From positions 12,896,001 to 12,960,000 of the forward strand of contig OZ365115.1 of assembly GCA_977030845.1 (NCBI GenBank): a stretch of DNA of 64,000 nucleotides, written 5' to 3'. Positions 27,501 to 39,475 of this stretch are shown piece after piece; position 1 is the stretch's first letter; the number at the start of each line of letters is the position of its first letter. The translations under genes were made by a program, and so were the position numbers. The notes below the pieces were generated by a model. That model ran no database searches, was not told where the DNA came from, and was given only the letters and a program-made list of their open reading frames with translations. The stretch comes from Fimbriosthenelais zetlandica. Lineage: Eukaryota.

Positions 27501-30500
27501 CATTAATTCCTCAAGAGCATAAAAATAGTGATTTACTTGGTTTAAGTAGTTGAGTGGAAGGGAATTTATGTCACAAACTGATGGTGAAATGAGTCGCAAA
27601 TAGTGCTACCAGTGCTAATAGTGCCTGTGATAGAGTTAAAACTACGGGGCAAGACTCAAATGAAGGATGTACTTGGTAAGGGTGTAAAGGCTATTAGGCT
27701 TGTTTATTCTTTGTAACATCTTTAGTTGGCAGGGCAGAAAAGGGAGAATAACATTACCCAGACTTCACACGACCAGTTAGTTATTCATTGCCTGGGAATT
27801 GACTCTGAATCGACTTTGTAGAAATCCTTTGAAGAACTTCCTATCCTCTTGAAAATAGGTTTTATAAGACAAAGAACGTCCATGATTACCTTTATAGCAA
27901 ATGATGTCATACCTTATCATATTGGATCGAAGTAACCCTGCAGTATGGTTCGGCAAAGAATATAAGAGGAAAATATGACTTCCTTTAAATAAAAATCATT
28001 CCTTGTAAAATAAATCAGATGAGAAAGTGAGGGAGATTCGAATATAGATTAAAGGGCAAAGATCAAGTCATATTCAGCAACTCTTTGAAGACCTTGCTAG
28101 CAAAGCTTCTGAGAGTGAAAACTTTCTTCCATCACATTTCAGCAGAAAACTTTCCTATCAACTCTAGAAAGTTCCATAGTGTATAGAACTATTATAAGCA
28201 AGTGCAGGGGTGGGTAGAATCATCTAATATTTCACAAGATATATATCAGTGAATGGTACATTGATCCTGCTTATATTGTGCCTTAGGGATGCATTAGCTT
28301 CCTCTGACATCTACAGATTATATGAAGACTCAGTCATAAATGTTATTTCTGTACCGGCGCTTTCGTCTCTATTGAACTTAGCCAGTCCATCCCATAGGTC
28401 TGCTCCACCGGGCCATTATCAATCCTTTGACACTGGAGCCCAACGCTTTAAACAGATTTGCAAGCCAGCATCAGGTATTGGGACATGGCAGTAAGACGAG
28501 TATTCACACTGATAGTTGGCTATTGCCTTGGCTTTTGGTCAGTCGATAACGTTATAACTAGGGTCTTTCAATGAAGGCTGGTCCGAGCCACTTGCTGAAG
28601 GTCTGCCTTGTTTGTTTTGTTTTATTCTGCAGCAAGAACATCTTCAGGCACCTAACTGCCCTACATTAGACATGGAAGTCCTATAAAAAGTAGGTGGAAC
28701 CCCCCTCTTTTCAAGAGCAATACTGACTATCGAGTCAGACCTGCAACCTTTGGTTTGCTTGAATGTCTGAAGCAAATGTCAACTGTTTGTTCAGCATCAG
28801 AGTAAAATGTTTTACAGTTTCTGCATACCACTTATCCTGCAGGGTTGCCCATGGATGCTAAAGTTAGTTACGAATTGGTAACTTGATTCTTTTGCACACT
28901 GAATGTAGCCTACTAAGTTTAGAGTGTCTTCAGTCATGGTCATTCCCAAGAAAAGAGATTTTTCAATGACTCAAGATTAAAAGAACCTTCTGAAAAGTGA
29001 AGATCTCGCACGGAGTGCAGTTCAAATTTAACAACAGTTGAGAATGAAATCAAAACTGTAACTTAAGACACCTTTTTTGTTCTTGAGGGCCAATTGATGC
29101 CACCTTTCTCATGTAATGAGAATCATTCGTCTTAAGTTCCACTGTCAGAATCAATAGACAAAAAATGACAGACGCTTTCAAATTAACCGTCTGAAGGCGT
29201 CATCTGACAGTATAAAATAGCACTCTGGGATTCTAGGTTGTCTATTGCTCTACCACCAAGTCTGTCGTTAGAACCAATACTCTGCGGTCTAGAATTACTC
29301 TTCTAGCAGATCGAGTCTAGCTCAATGGCATCCCAGAGGAAGGATAGTAATCCACGTTAAGGGACCCATTGTTAAGTCCCGACAAAAGCTGACCGCTCCA
29401 GCTATGCACAACTGTGGGCGCTTACAGCTTTTTCGTCACGCGACGTGACAGCTGGGTGTTGATGGAGACACAGACAGTGAAAGGACTGATGCCTCACATT
29501 ATCTACCAGGAAACACAGACTGGCACCAGGCCTCAGGCGCAATCATAGCTTCTTACTATACTGCTATTGTCGCTCTATAGATTAGTTTGGTAGAATCATA
29601 GAGATTATAATTCACATCTAGATATAATTGTACATTATTGTTTTTATGGATCAAACATATAAGATCAAATTGGTAGAAGGCTTCAGGTTGAACCATAGCT
29701 TCTTATTTCTGGTATTGTTGATCTGATGATCTGAAATGGACACGGGGGAAATGGGTGTTAATCCATATCCTCACCTAATGGTAATGGTATTGAATAATCC
29801 TACCTATCTTTTTTATATTGACGCTTCTTATTGGAATTGCAATAGACCATTCAGGTCATTGCAGCTAAAGCTTTGTTGAACAATGAACTATACTGATGAT
29901 AAGCATGCAAGATTTAAGACTGCACTTCTCATGCTTTAACTAGAACAGACTTTCAGTCATCAGACTTCTTCATTTAAATAGTAAGTGCAAAGATAAAGAA
30001 GTAAATCTGAAGTTGTATCCAGGAACTTTTAAACTTCGGCCTAATGTTCTACATCAGTCAACATAGCTATCTCACCAATCGGTATTGCGATCCGGAGCTC
30101 CCACTCCTGCACCGCTAGATCCTAGTCTAAGTGGCTGGGATAGAAAGGTCTGTAAGAGATTGCTCAGCTAGCCTACAGATCACTCATTAAATTCCCATTC
30201 TGCCCATGTGAGGCATTGCCTGTTGGTTCTTTGGTGTCACCCGAATCATGAGAGAGCATCAGTATTGGATGGTGCTTTGACATCCAAGCATTAACGGAAG
30301 GTGAACTTTAGAGCTGTCGTTATTTCCACATCTTATGGCCTGGGCCTGATGTGGGATCCAGTTTAAGACTGTCTGAGACACCATTGATGGTTGTCTGTGG
30401 TGAGGCAGTGACCGCCATCAAAGTAAACTTACATCCTGCTGACTTGTGATCACTGCACACTTTATCACACAGAAGATTCTCCTGTTAAATCTTTCTAATT

Positions 30501-33065
30501 GCGAATCCTAAAATGTACTTATTAGGCTATTAACTGAGCTCACTGATTCTGCTATTGAAATTATTTTAAATGTTTCGTTTTTTATTAAAACTGATCCATT
30601 TAGTCCACTGCCGCTTCCATAATTGATTTCATCGTCTAGATTGCTAACTTGCAGCAGTACATCTAGATGCAATAAAATATGACTGCAGGGCCATATTATA
30701 AAGACCTTGAACACAAAGGACAGGACCATTCCTTTACCCCCGAGTAAAGTCATGGGAGAAGATAAAAAAAATCATGCTAAAAATAAAGTATAAAGATCTT
30801 GCAAAAACAATGAGAACAAAGCCTTTTGTCCTTTTATAATTATTCTAAAGAAATTTAAATCTCCTTTATCTTTCGGTCTTTTATCTCTTTCAGTCTTTTA
30901 TACTCATTCTATAGGATGATATAAAGAACAAAGGCTCAACACCTTTTTTCTAACCATGTGGTAAAGCGACGTTGAATGAAGCTGAATATCACAGGGAATT
31001 ATGTCCTTTCAAAGAGTGATGATCATGATCTGAGAAAAAGGACCAGGAAGAAATGAATCATCATGATATATCTCATCATTAATACTATATAAAATGCAGC
31101 TTGTCAGCCGTGCCTCTATGCCCAGGGTGATTAGATGCCATATATGAAGATTAACGACAGAGAAAAAAGTCTGGGAAATGAATCAAGATCTTAGCTGATC
31201 TTCTTTACGTCTTCATTCAGTGAGGCCCTCTAATTGTGATTAATTCAAATGTAATGATATACATAAAGTGACATTTTGCGCAATCCTCCTTAGATCTTCT
31301 TCTCTCAAGATCTTCCACTTAATTAAATGAGGGAAATAGCAACCACATATTCCACAAAAGTGCTCACATTTTCTAATGAATAATAGGAAAAACCGTTACA
31401 TTTTCAAAGGTAAAGCTCTTGGAGTATTTCTGAAATTCGTTGTGGATAGAGTTAATTATTTTTATACTTTTGGTCTGTTACTTATTTATAAAGTGGAATG
31501 GGATGGAGAATTCAAATTAAGAAAAGGTCATGCAAGGAAAACCATGGAATTCAATCACGAACAAATGTCAGCATAATTAAGACTTGGAGGATATGGAAAC
31601 TTGAAGGAGAAAACTGTTCAGGAAAATTTCAAGAAAATAAGAATTTATGAAAAGTGATTTAGATTGAAAAAATTATACACGCAACATAATTATTCTGTCC
31701 CAAAACGTCCTGATTTTGTTGCAGCTTTTCAACAAAGGGAACTTCTAACTGCGACTTCAAATTCATTTGAAATGTTTATAATTATATATATATCTAAGTA
31801 GCCAAGGTGCACCTTGGATCAACAGCGGGCAGCTGATAGTGAATGCCAGCCTTGTAGGCCCAGGGGGAAGTTTGGAGATCAAATATAAAATCATAAGGAA
31901 TCAGAAATGAAAAAAAAGCTGAGGATATTGGAATCACTAGCTCGGGGTGACGGGTCTTGTCGGGGGCTGATTGTGTCAGTATAGGAACGGAAATAAGCTG
32001 CCTGAAAGGAGAGGACGGAGGCAGATTGAGGCTGACATGATATGCTGACAGATACAGTGACAGCTGACAGGTCAGTGTGTATGTATAGTAACACTACACC
32101 CACTCTAATAGAACGGTCACACCAATCAGACTGCCTCAGTCTGGGATGGGATTGCTACTGCTCTGGATTGTCTCTTCAATTGACTTTGCATTTTTTACTG
32201 CATTAATGAAAACTAAGCTTGGACACATATTATGACAGCTGTCAGATCTGGAATCTGAAACTCTCATAGTAAGCATATGTAGCCCTCCATTGGCCCTCTT
32301 TAATTATTTAAAGTCCAGTCGGCAACTTTCAGAGCTAATATCATAGTCTTTGGTATCCCAGTTAGCAGCACTGTGTGGTAGACAATGAGGAATGCTTGGG
32401 GAATCGAAAGCCAATTGTTAGATGACCAAATGAATCTCCAGCTTTGTCGGTTTGGTGTTGAACTGACAATATTATTGAGTTATCAAAAAAAAATAAAAAG
32501 GAAATCATTATAGCGATAAGGGGATCACGATAGTCAGCCAGTGGAAATGAAGTTAATGGAATAATAAGACCTGCCTGACCTAAGACATAATTTCTTTGTA
32601 GGGTATTGGACTTTTTTGTCGGTATAACTTGACTGATTATTTCATATTACTTACTTGTATTTCCATAGTGCCATCGTGTGTCAATGTAGAAATGACTCCA
32701 GAAACAGGATATTTCGATCGATCCCGATAGTCTGAAATATAATATCAGATTAAGAAAATAATTGTATATAGTAAGTGTTGAAAAAACAACTTGTACGGTC
32801 ATTTACGTGGGCTTATAGCCTACTATATGTAGAATATCTTTCGAAGCATCAAATATATCCATCAATATGTGTGTTTGCACTGATAGCCTAGCCATATTTC
32901 AGAATGCTCATATTAACAAAATTAATATTTTTATTCATTCCCAGGTTAGCTGAATTATCGATGGCAGTTTCTATGGCTACAACCACTTTCTACTTTGCAA
33001 AGCAGCGCCATCGAGCGGCGGTGAGGAGAAAGCATCGCCATCTTCAAAACCAGACAAAATGCTGA
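15503..33065 (+). CDS. Proline-rich transmembrane protein 3/4 (PRRT3/PRRT4)-like orphan 7-TM protein, ~607 aa, 2 coding exons (15503-17205, 32945-33065)
   Basis: Exon 1 encodes the PRRT3/4-type segment DWDAARLTWKWGWQLHTYGFGAGFFLL, five hydrophobic helices, a ~300-aa hydrophilic loop, helix 6 and the start of helix 7 (WPWFVFHTFC). It ends at CAG|GTGAGT (phase 2). Exon 2 follows TTATTCATTCCCAG|G, completes AG|G=Arg and continues LAELSMAVSMATTTFYFAKQRHRAAVRRKHRHLQNQTKC*, finishing helix 7. Total 1824 nt = 608 codons. The family call is from motif recognition, not a database search. Confidence 0.8.
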
Positions 33066-33452
33066 CATCACAGGGGCTGCCAGCTTGGCATCGCCATGAC
33101 ATCAGGAAACAATGACAGCCATCTTCTCATGGACGCCGAAAGCGGAAGTGAACAGTTATTGCTTGAAAACGAGGCCGATTTGATTCAGAAGGAGGCTTGT
33201 GCCTCCTGGTGTTGAAAATGAGTTATTTGTCATTCCATCATAGTATTTAACAAACTGCTCTATTCAGTCAACCTGGATCTTCCATTTAGAGGAAGAAAAA
33301 AACACCTACAGTGTTTTAGTCGAGAGGCGGCTGCCATTTTTTTAAATTCTGTGGTGTGCAATCCAACGTGAAATCAGTTCTACTTCTTATTCCATCAAGG
33401 ATGCAGTCAATTGTCTAACTCGATTTCACCAATGTCTTCAGTGAAAATTGAA

Positions 33453-33756
33453 AATAAAAACAAACCAATCTCATGTTATCTAATACCATAATACTATCGG
33501 GTTTGTTTCATAACAATGATTTAGCCTATGGTTATGAAACAGGCCTATACCACAAGTAATACCCATTATTATACAACATAGTATTTAATTATTTAAAATT
33601 AATGTGCTACATATAATTTACAAATTCAATGGAAAATACATATTTATGAATAGGGCCTACATAAGGGATGGAGAATTCATAATTATAAGTGGAATAGTAT
33701 ACATTAACATTGATTTTTTAACATTTTGAATTTCATATACCATTGAATAAAATAAA
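33453..33756 (+). terminator. Candidate polyadenylation signals of the PRRT-like gene
   Basis: AATAAA at 33453-33458 and tandem AATAAAATAAA at 33746-33756, downstream of the stop at 33065. Confidence 0.35.
33499..33546. mobile_element. 48-bp MITE-like element (GGGYCYGTTTCA-type TIR family)
   Basis: GGGTTTGTTTCATAAC ... GTTATGAAACAGGCCT imperfect inverted repeat with a 16-bp spacer. Confidence 0.45.
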
Positions 33757-34584
33757 ACCCCATGAAGGTGTTATGTGCACATGATCTCACGCATAATGTT
33801 TAATCTGTATGATGTACTATTAGAATAAGTGTGAACCCACTGTCTGCACCTTCTACATGTTCTTATCACTTAATCTTCTATGATGATGTTTCTGAAGCTA
33901 TATGTAAAGTGTTCATAATGCTAATAAAATCTGTGATACTTTTGGAATTTGTTTCATTTATTTTGTTTGCAACTTAAATCGGGTCATGTTTAGCCTATGG
34001 ATGTATAAGGGGGCCATTGAAAGGTACATGTATATTATCTATATACAATGTATAATGATTACACGTAACATTCCATAGTAATGTTCATCAATCCTTGGTA
34101 GCAAGACAGTAGAACTACGAGTAGAACTTGAAACATCATTAGCCCAGTGCTGCCATCTGTCGCCATAGGTGGTCCAACGATGAAACAGCAGAACTATTAG
34201 GCCTACATCACATGCAACCGTATGGGATGTTTCAAGAAACAAGGCTAAAACTCGTCATTGTACCAGGATAATATGATTCAGAACAAAGAAACAAGCAGAT
34301 ACTTCCAAAAACCCGGTAATAGTTGCTGCTAGAACGGCAAATACAATGCACCAGTCAATGTGCTGCATTTAGATCCAGTCAGGATTTATAGCCATCACAG
34401 AAGCTTGGACTCTTGGATCTCCCTCTTGGATTAACGTACCTTATATAGTCGTGACATAAATATAAAAAGTCTATAAGGGGTAAATATTAGGGACCTTCTG
34501 TGAACATTAGCTTTTCATTGTCATCTCTACTCCTGAGTGTACATTTGCTCGAGATAGATTTTCCATACTTTCAGTGTAATTCTG

Positions 34585-37500
34585 TCAAGTCTCTACCCTG
34601 CCTACACCGAAATGGGGCAGGATAGAAGATCTTCTTCTTGTCCCTAGCACAGAATTCTTAATTCCGTTACGGCTGGAACTTTTTTTCTTATATGTTCTCC
34701 AATCTGAAAATAAATACAAGATTAAATAGTAGGCTATAATACTCAAAATAAAGTATCATTTTCTATGACACTAGATTCATAATCTGACATATTCAAGGAT
34801 TATTTAAAATATGTACTTACCTCGATGGACTTGCTGTGGACTTAAATTCATTGGATCTGTATGTCCGTTTGTAGTGCTTTTAGCTTCATTTCTCGTTTCT
34901 TTATCGTGGGGCATTACTCCACTCAATTCCTCACCATTGGACAGCACCTGGTGAGTATCTGGGTAACTAGATCCCTGGTGTTCATCCATGGCGGCTTCTG
35001 GTTGGCCGTAGATGGTGTTAAGAACTGAGGAACTTTCATCGGTGAAAATAACACTGATACCAACCCGACTATAATTGACGCTTTCATCGGCTGGAAGAGG
35101 GGGAGATATATTATGTTATACGTTATGAAGTGATATACATGTCTTCACTACTGAAACTAGGCCAAAAATAATACCGAAAACATTATTATTTTGGATTATT
35201 GTTTAAGTATAAATATGAAAGCCATGTTAAATGAAATTTCATTGTATTAAGCTACTTACATCTCCTTTTGATGCCGCTGTCAACACTATTGCTGTCAATG
35301 CTGACTTCCCTTAGACTTGGTGCAGACCCTTGATCACTGACAGTGGGTGAAGCAACCCTTCCTGACTCAGCAATGCTGTCTCCTGGCATTCCTATCTGAG
35401 TCTTCAGCATATCAGGGGCTCCCACCAGAACTGTCTTCCTCTTTTTAGGCAGTTTAGACCTTGCTTGAGCGTGTGAGTAATACAAGGCGAAATTATTGAC
35501 AATTACAGGGACCGGAAGTGCAAGAACCAAGACACCTGCTACTCCACACAGAGCACCAACGATGTACCCTAACATAGTCCGAGGGTAAATATCGCCATAT
35601 CCTAGCGTGGTCATAGTCACACAAGCCCACCAAAGACCAATTGGGATACTTTTAAAATCATTGATAGCTCCTTCATCGACCATCTCGGCCAAATAAATAG
35701 AGCAAGCAAATATGATGATTGAAATGCAAAGGAAGAGCCCGAGCAGCAGCATCTCCTTGGCACTTGCCTTGATGGTGTGGCCCAATATTTTAAGCCCACT
35801 TATATGCCTTGTAAGTTTGAAAATTCTGAAAACCCGGATAAGACGAATGTAGTTGAAAAAATCACGCGCAACGGGATTTCCAAATACTGGATGAATCAGC
35901 AAAATGAGTAGGTGGATGAAAAATGGCAAAATGGAGAACAAATCCACCCAATTTAGAGTGTTCCTAAAGAAGTCTTTTCTATTAGGACAGCATATGATTC
36001 TGACGAGGAATTCCAGAGTAAAATATCCTACACAGACGTAGTCTATGTACTTGAGAGCGGGGACAGGACGCGTGTATTTGTTGATTTCAGCCACAGACCA
36101 GTCAGACTGGATGGGCATGCTTTCATTGATCGACATCCGGAACATGATGTGGGTCTGAAGCGCGAAGATTGTGATGGAGAGGAGAACAAAGAAGATGGAA
36201 ATAATGGCAAGAACCTGAAATATACAATACGGCATTGTTTAATGTTGAATAAGGTATTAAGAAAAGATGTATACAATTTCTATAAGCATAGATGTGTTAC
36301 ATTGACACCAAATTAAAACTTTAAACGAGCTAGTGTAGCAAATTTTGATAAAGGCTCAAAGATAATATTAGGGATCGAAGAAAATGGTTTAAGGAAGATC
36401 TATACAGTTTCTTTCTGGAACACTGTGGCCCAAAATCATTGATAGACAGCTAGTGCACTTGAAGGGCTATGGGTCTGCCAGCAATTGGTATAATGTACAA
36501 TGTACATGTAATCTATCATGTATATATACCTGAATGTTCAAATCTAATGCCTTTTAGCATCCATACTTGCATGGGTCGACGACCATGCGGACGTATGTAT
36601 GTGTGTCTAAAACAGCTGCTCTATTCCCCATCTTCTTTCATCCAGGTTCTGGGGCCCGTTTCAGTGTAACAATTTCCCATAGACATAGCATGGCAAATGG
36701 CTGTTCTGAAACGGGCCCCTGATCGGTATTCCCTGCTTTCGTCTATCCATTTATTCTGATCGATATAGCAAAAAGATATGTACTATTTGTCTGAAGATGG
36801 AATTTGTAAAATGGAAGCTATAATTAGTAATAATTTTTGTGAAGCATTTCATTGATCTTCTGTACGTTTTGTCCATACGATTCTATAATCAGTGGGTTGT
36901 AATCTCCCCACACCCCCTCCCCTTCCCCTGAAATCTATCTCCAACCTTGATTAAAAAGCAATCTATTCACCCTGAAGGACAATATTCAATTTAATTTCTG
37001 TAATAATAAATTTCACTGTTTTGCTTGTATTCTATATTAGGATTATAAATATCTTTGTGGTAGCCATTTGCTGTACACAGTTATATGGGAATATGAGCGC
37101 TCAAAACATCTGTTGAAACCTCTACCTGTGGTTTCCAGGTACCCAGAGAAATCCTTGTTTAGCATATATATATCCATATGTATACATACATTTACGTCAG
37201 TGATTACACAAGTTATGTGGACTAATGTGGACCCCCGGATGGTTCTTGTGGGCATATGCCAATCATTGACGTTCCTCCAAAATTATTAAATATTATTTAC
37301 AATAGGTTAAATTATGAATATGCAAAACAAGTAATTCCGAGATTTAATTAAAAATAGAAGATGAACGACTCACCTGGGCACCTAAGGAGGAATACGGGAC
37401 TTCTAGCAACTGCCACATCTTTCCTTGAAGAGAATGCCATCTGGTTTTCGTTGGTTTGTCGTCCTCCATAATGCCAAATCTCTCAGCGATGTTGTCGTCT

Positions 37501-38021
37501 TCCTCCTCTTGTTCCTCTTCCTCTTTACTCACATCTAGCTCAGCTAACATTTGTTCAGCATCCCTGTGAGTCCTGTATGACATCCAGCAGCATGGTTCTA
37601 TCTGTTTCTCATCTATTCCCCAAAAAGCCAGTTCCTCCTCAAAGGAAGGTCCACAGACATCGAGAGGAGCATGCAGGCGTCCTGTCCTGTAGTAATTCAG
37701 TATGGTATTAAACATACCTGGGTGTCTATCAAAGAAATATTCCCCTGTTGAGGGGTCATAGTCAGTGTTATGGGTGGAGCATTCAGTGATCCATGAGAGC
37801 CGAGTGTCTGGGAGGTTTTTTAATGTTGATTTGTACGTCTCGTATCTGATGCCGCCGACGTTAATCACAACCCTGTTGTCTACTCGACCATTAGGCCGGC
37901 CATTTTGATCGACAGCTGGAGCCAGGGAGAGTGAACGTCCAGGTACTTTACTTGCACGTCTCTTATTTTCCATGCTCGAATTCTTCCTCATTGTAGTGAT
38001 TGTAGGGGATCCGAAGACCAT
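34585..38021 (-). CDS. Shaw: Voltage-gated potassium channel, Shaw/Kv3 (KCNC) family, ~663 aa; coding exons 38021-37374, 36214-35260, 35090-34821, 34703-34585
   Basis: T1 domain RVVINVGG...EYFFDRHP...YYRTG with the Kv3 Zn motif HAPLDVC...CC. S1-S6 present: S4 [15 protein letters not shown], pore [18 protein letters not shown]6 [10 protein letters not shown]. All junctions are GT-AG with consistent phases (0,1,1) and total 1992 nt = 664 codons. Exons 3-4 (unstructured tail ending [17 protein letters not shown]) are less certain than exons 1-2. A further acceptor at 38081 implies an upstream, probably non-coding, exon. Confidence 0.93.
36652..36718. mobile_element. 67-bp MITE-like element with perfect 13-bp TIRs and CTG target-site duplication (PIF/Harbinger-like)
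   Basis: GGGCCCGTTTCAG (36652-36664) and CTGAAACGGGCCC (36706-36718), with CTG immediately outside both ends (36649-36651, 36719-36721). Lies in Kv3 intron 1. Confidence 0.65.
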
Positions 38022-39475
38022 TGGGGCGTCAATGAGGGCTGCGTATACCCACTCTAGGCTTTGCGTTGAGACGGTTGTCTTCTGAATAATATATGATTTA
38101 TACTACTTTGAAACATTTGAAGAATTGGGTTGTCTGGTCTTGCTTTCTTACTCCTTCATAAAGTTCCATGTTCCAACAGATCATCTTGCAGTATTGAAAA
38201 GAAGCAAACCTTGTGCAACATGCATTCCAGTTACTTCCATGGGAAACAAATTTAATCCATAAGATAATGCGAGCCAAGATTCCCTTCTATCTGAAAAAAA
38301 ACTCCTTGTCAACCTATCACATGTTGGAAGCAGAATGTAGACGTGGACAATGGTGTTTCAAGTGTGCGACTGTTTAAGTTTGTTGGAGGTGGAGTGTGGT
38401 GGTGGTGCTTGTAGTGGTTAACGACCACCCACGGGTAACCTACCTGATCGTTAATGACATGTTCATCAACTCTACTATACCAACCATTGAGCAGCTCACC
38501 AGCTGCTCTTTCTGACGTCTGTACTTTCTTTCATCTAGTCACTTACACAAACCAATCAACAAGATTCGATAGGATATCTATTTAATTATATGAACCAAAT
38601 TAAATTATATCAATTTAACAAAAATATAAGAAACATACTATTTAAAAATATCCTTGCCATTTAAACTCTTGATCCTATATCTTTAAATAGTATATTTTAC
38701 TTTTAGGTGATCAGTATTGGTGTATAAATTATAAATAAAAATAGATTAGATTTTAAAAGGATGCAGATCAGTAGTAGTGATTTTTGGCACAATGAACACT
38801 AACACCTGCGATGTAGACACACAAATTTAGCAAGCAGGTAAAATAGAAACCTGTGACATTAATGCCAGACTAACTGTGCTTCATTTGATGGGCTTCATTC
38901 TGCGTATTAAAGGGTTTATAAAGAGTGGGGAAAATTGGACCTTTTTTATTGACTGTTCGGTTTCCTAATAAAGAGACGTTATTTTATGAATAAACACAAG
39001 TATCAGTTTAAAACTATCTTAGATGACTGGGACCCTCAGACGGCATTGACAATAAGAGTTACTAGATGATCCGGGACTGATTTTCATATTTTCCTGAAAG
39101 GCCCCCCGAAAGACCAGCAACAATTCTGATCATGAGGCCTGAATATCATCAACAATGTCGTAAAAAACACTTACTGAATACTATTTTGCGGTGGAAACCA
39201 TTAATGTGAACGACAAATTGCCGTCAGCAATGCAGGTCAAAACTTTTAACCAATAGGATTGCAGCATTATGGTCATTTTTAAGTTACAAGCAATAACAAA
39301 ATGATGATCCAGTATGGTTTCGTTTGGCACGCCATATATTCCTGGGGTAATAGGGTTGAACTTTTCCCATCCCCTCTGTGAGACATCGCTGATTCGTTAT
39401 CATTTATTAACTGCCTATCAAACCGAGGAACACAATTCATTCCCTCACTCATCTGACTCCTCAGCAAGGATCAAG

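Noticed and set aside
29134-29460. Imperfect hairpins (GACGCTTTCA/TGAAGGCGTC and GTCACG-CGA-CGTGAC) as ncRNA or Helitron end
   Set aside because: Short stems with no CTRR terminus or RNA-family signature in the right position.
33407-33435. Alternative Kv3 last exon (DIGEIELDN*)
   Set aside because: Weak AAG acceptor; the exon at 34703-34585 has a much better acceptor and a more channel-like tail. It cannot be fully excluded without RNA data.
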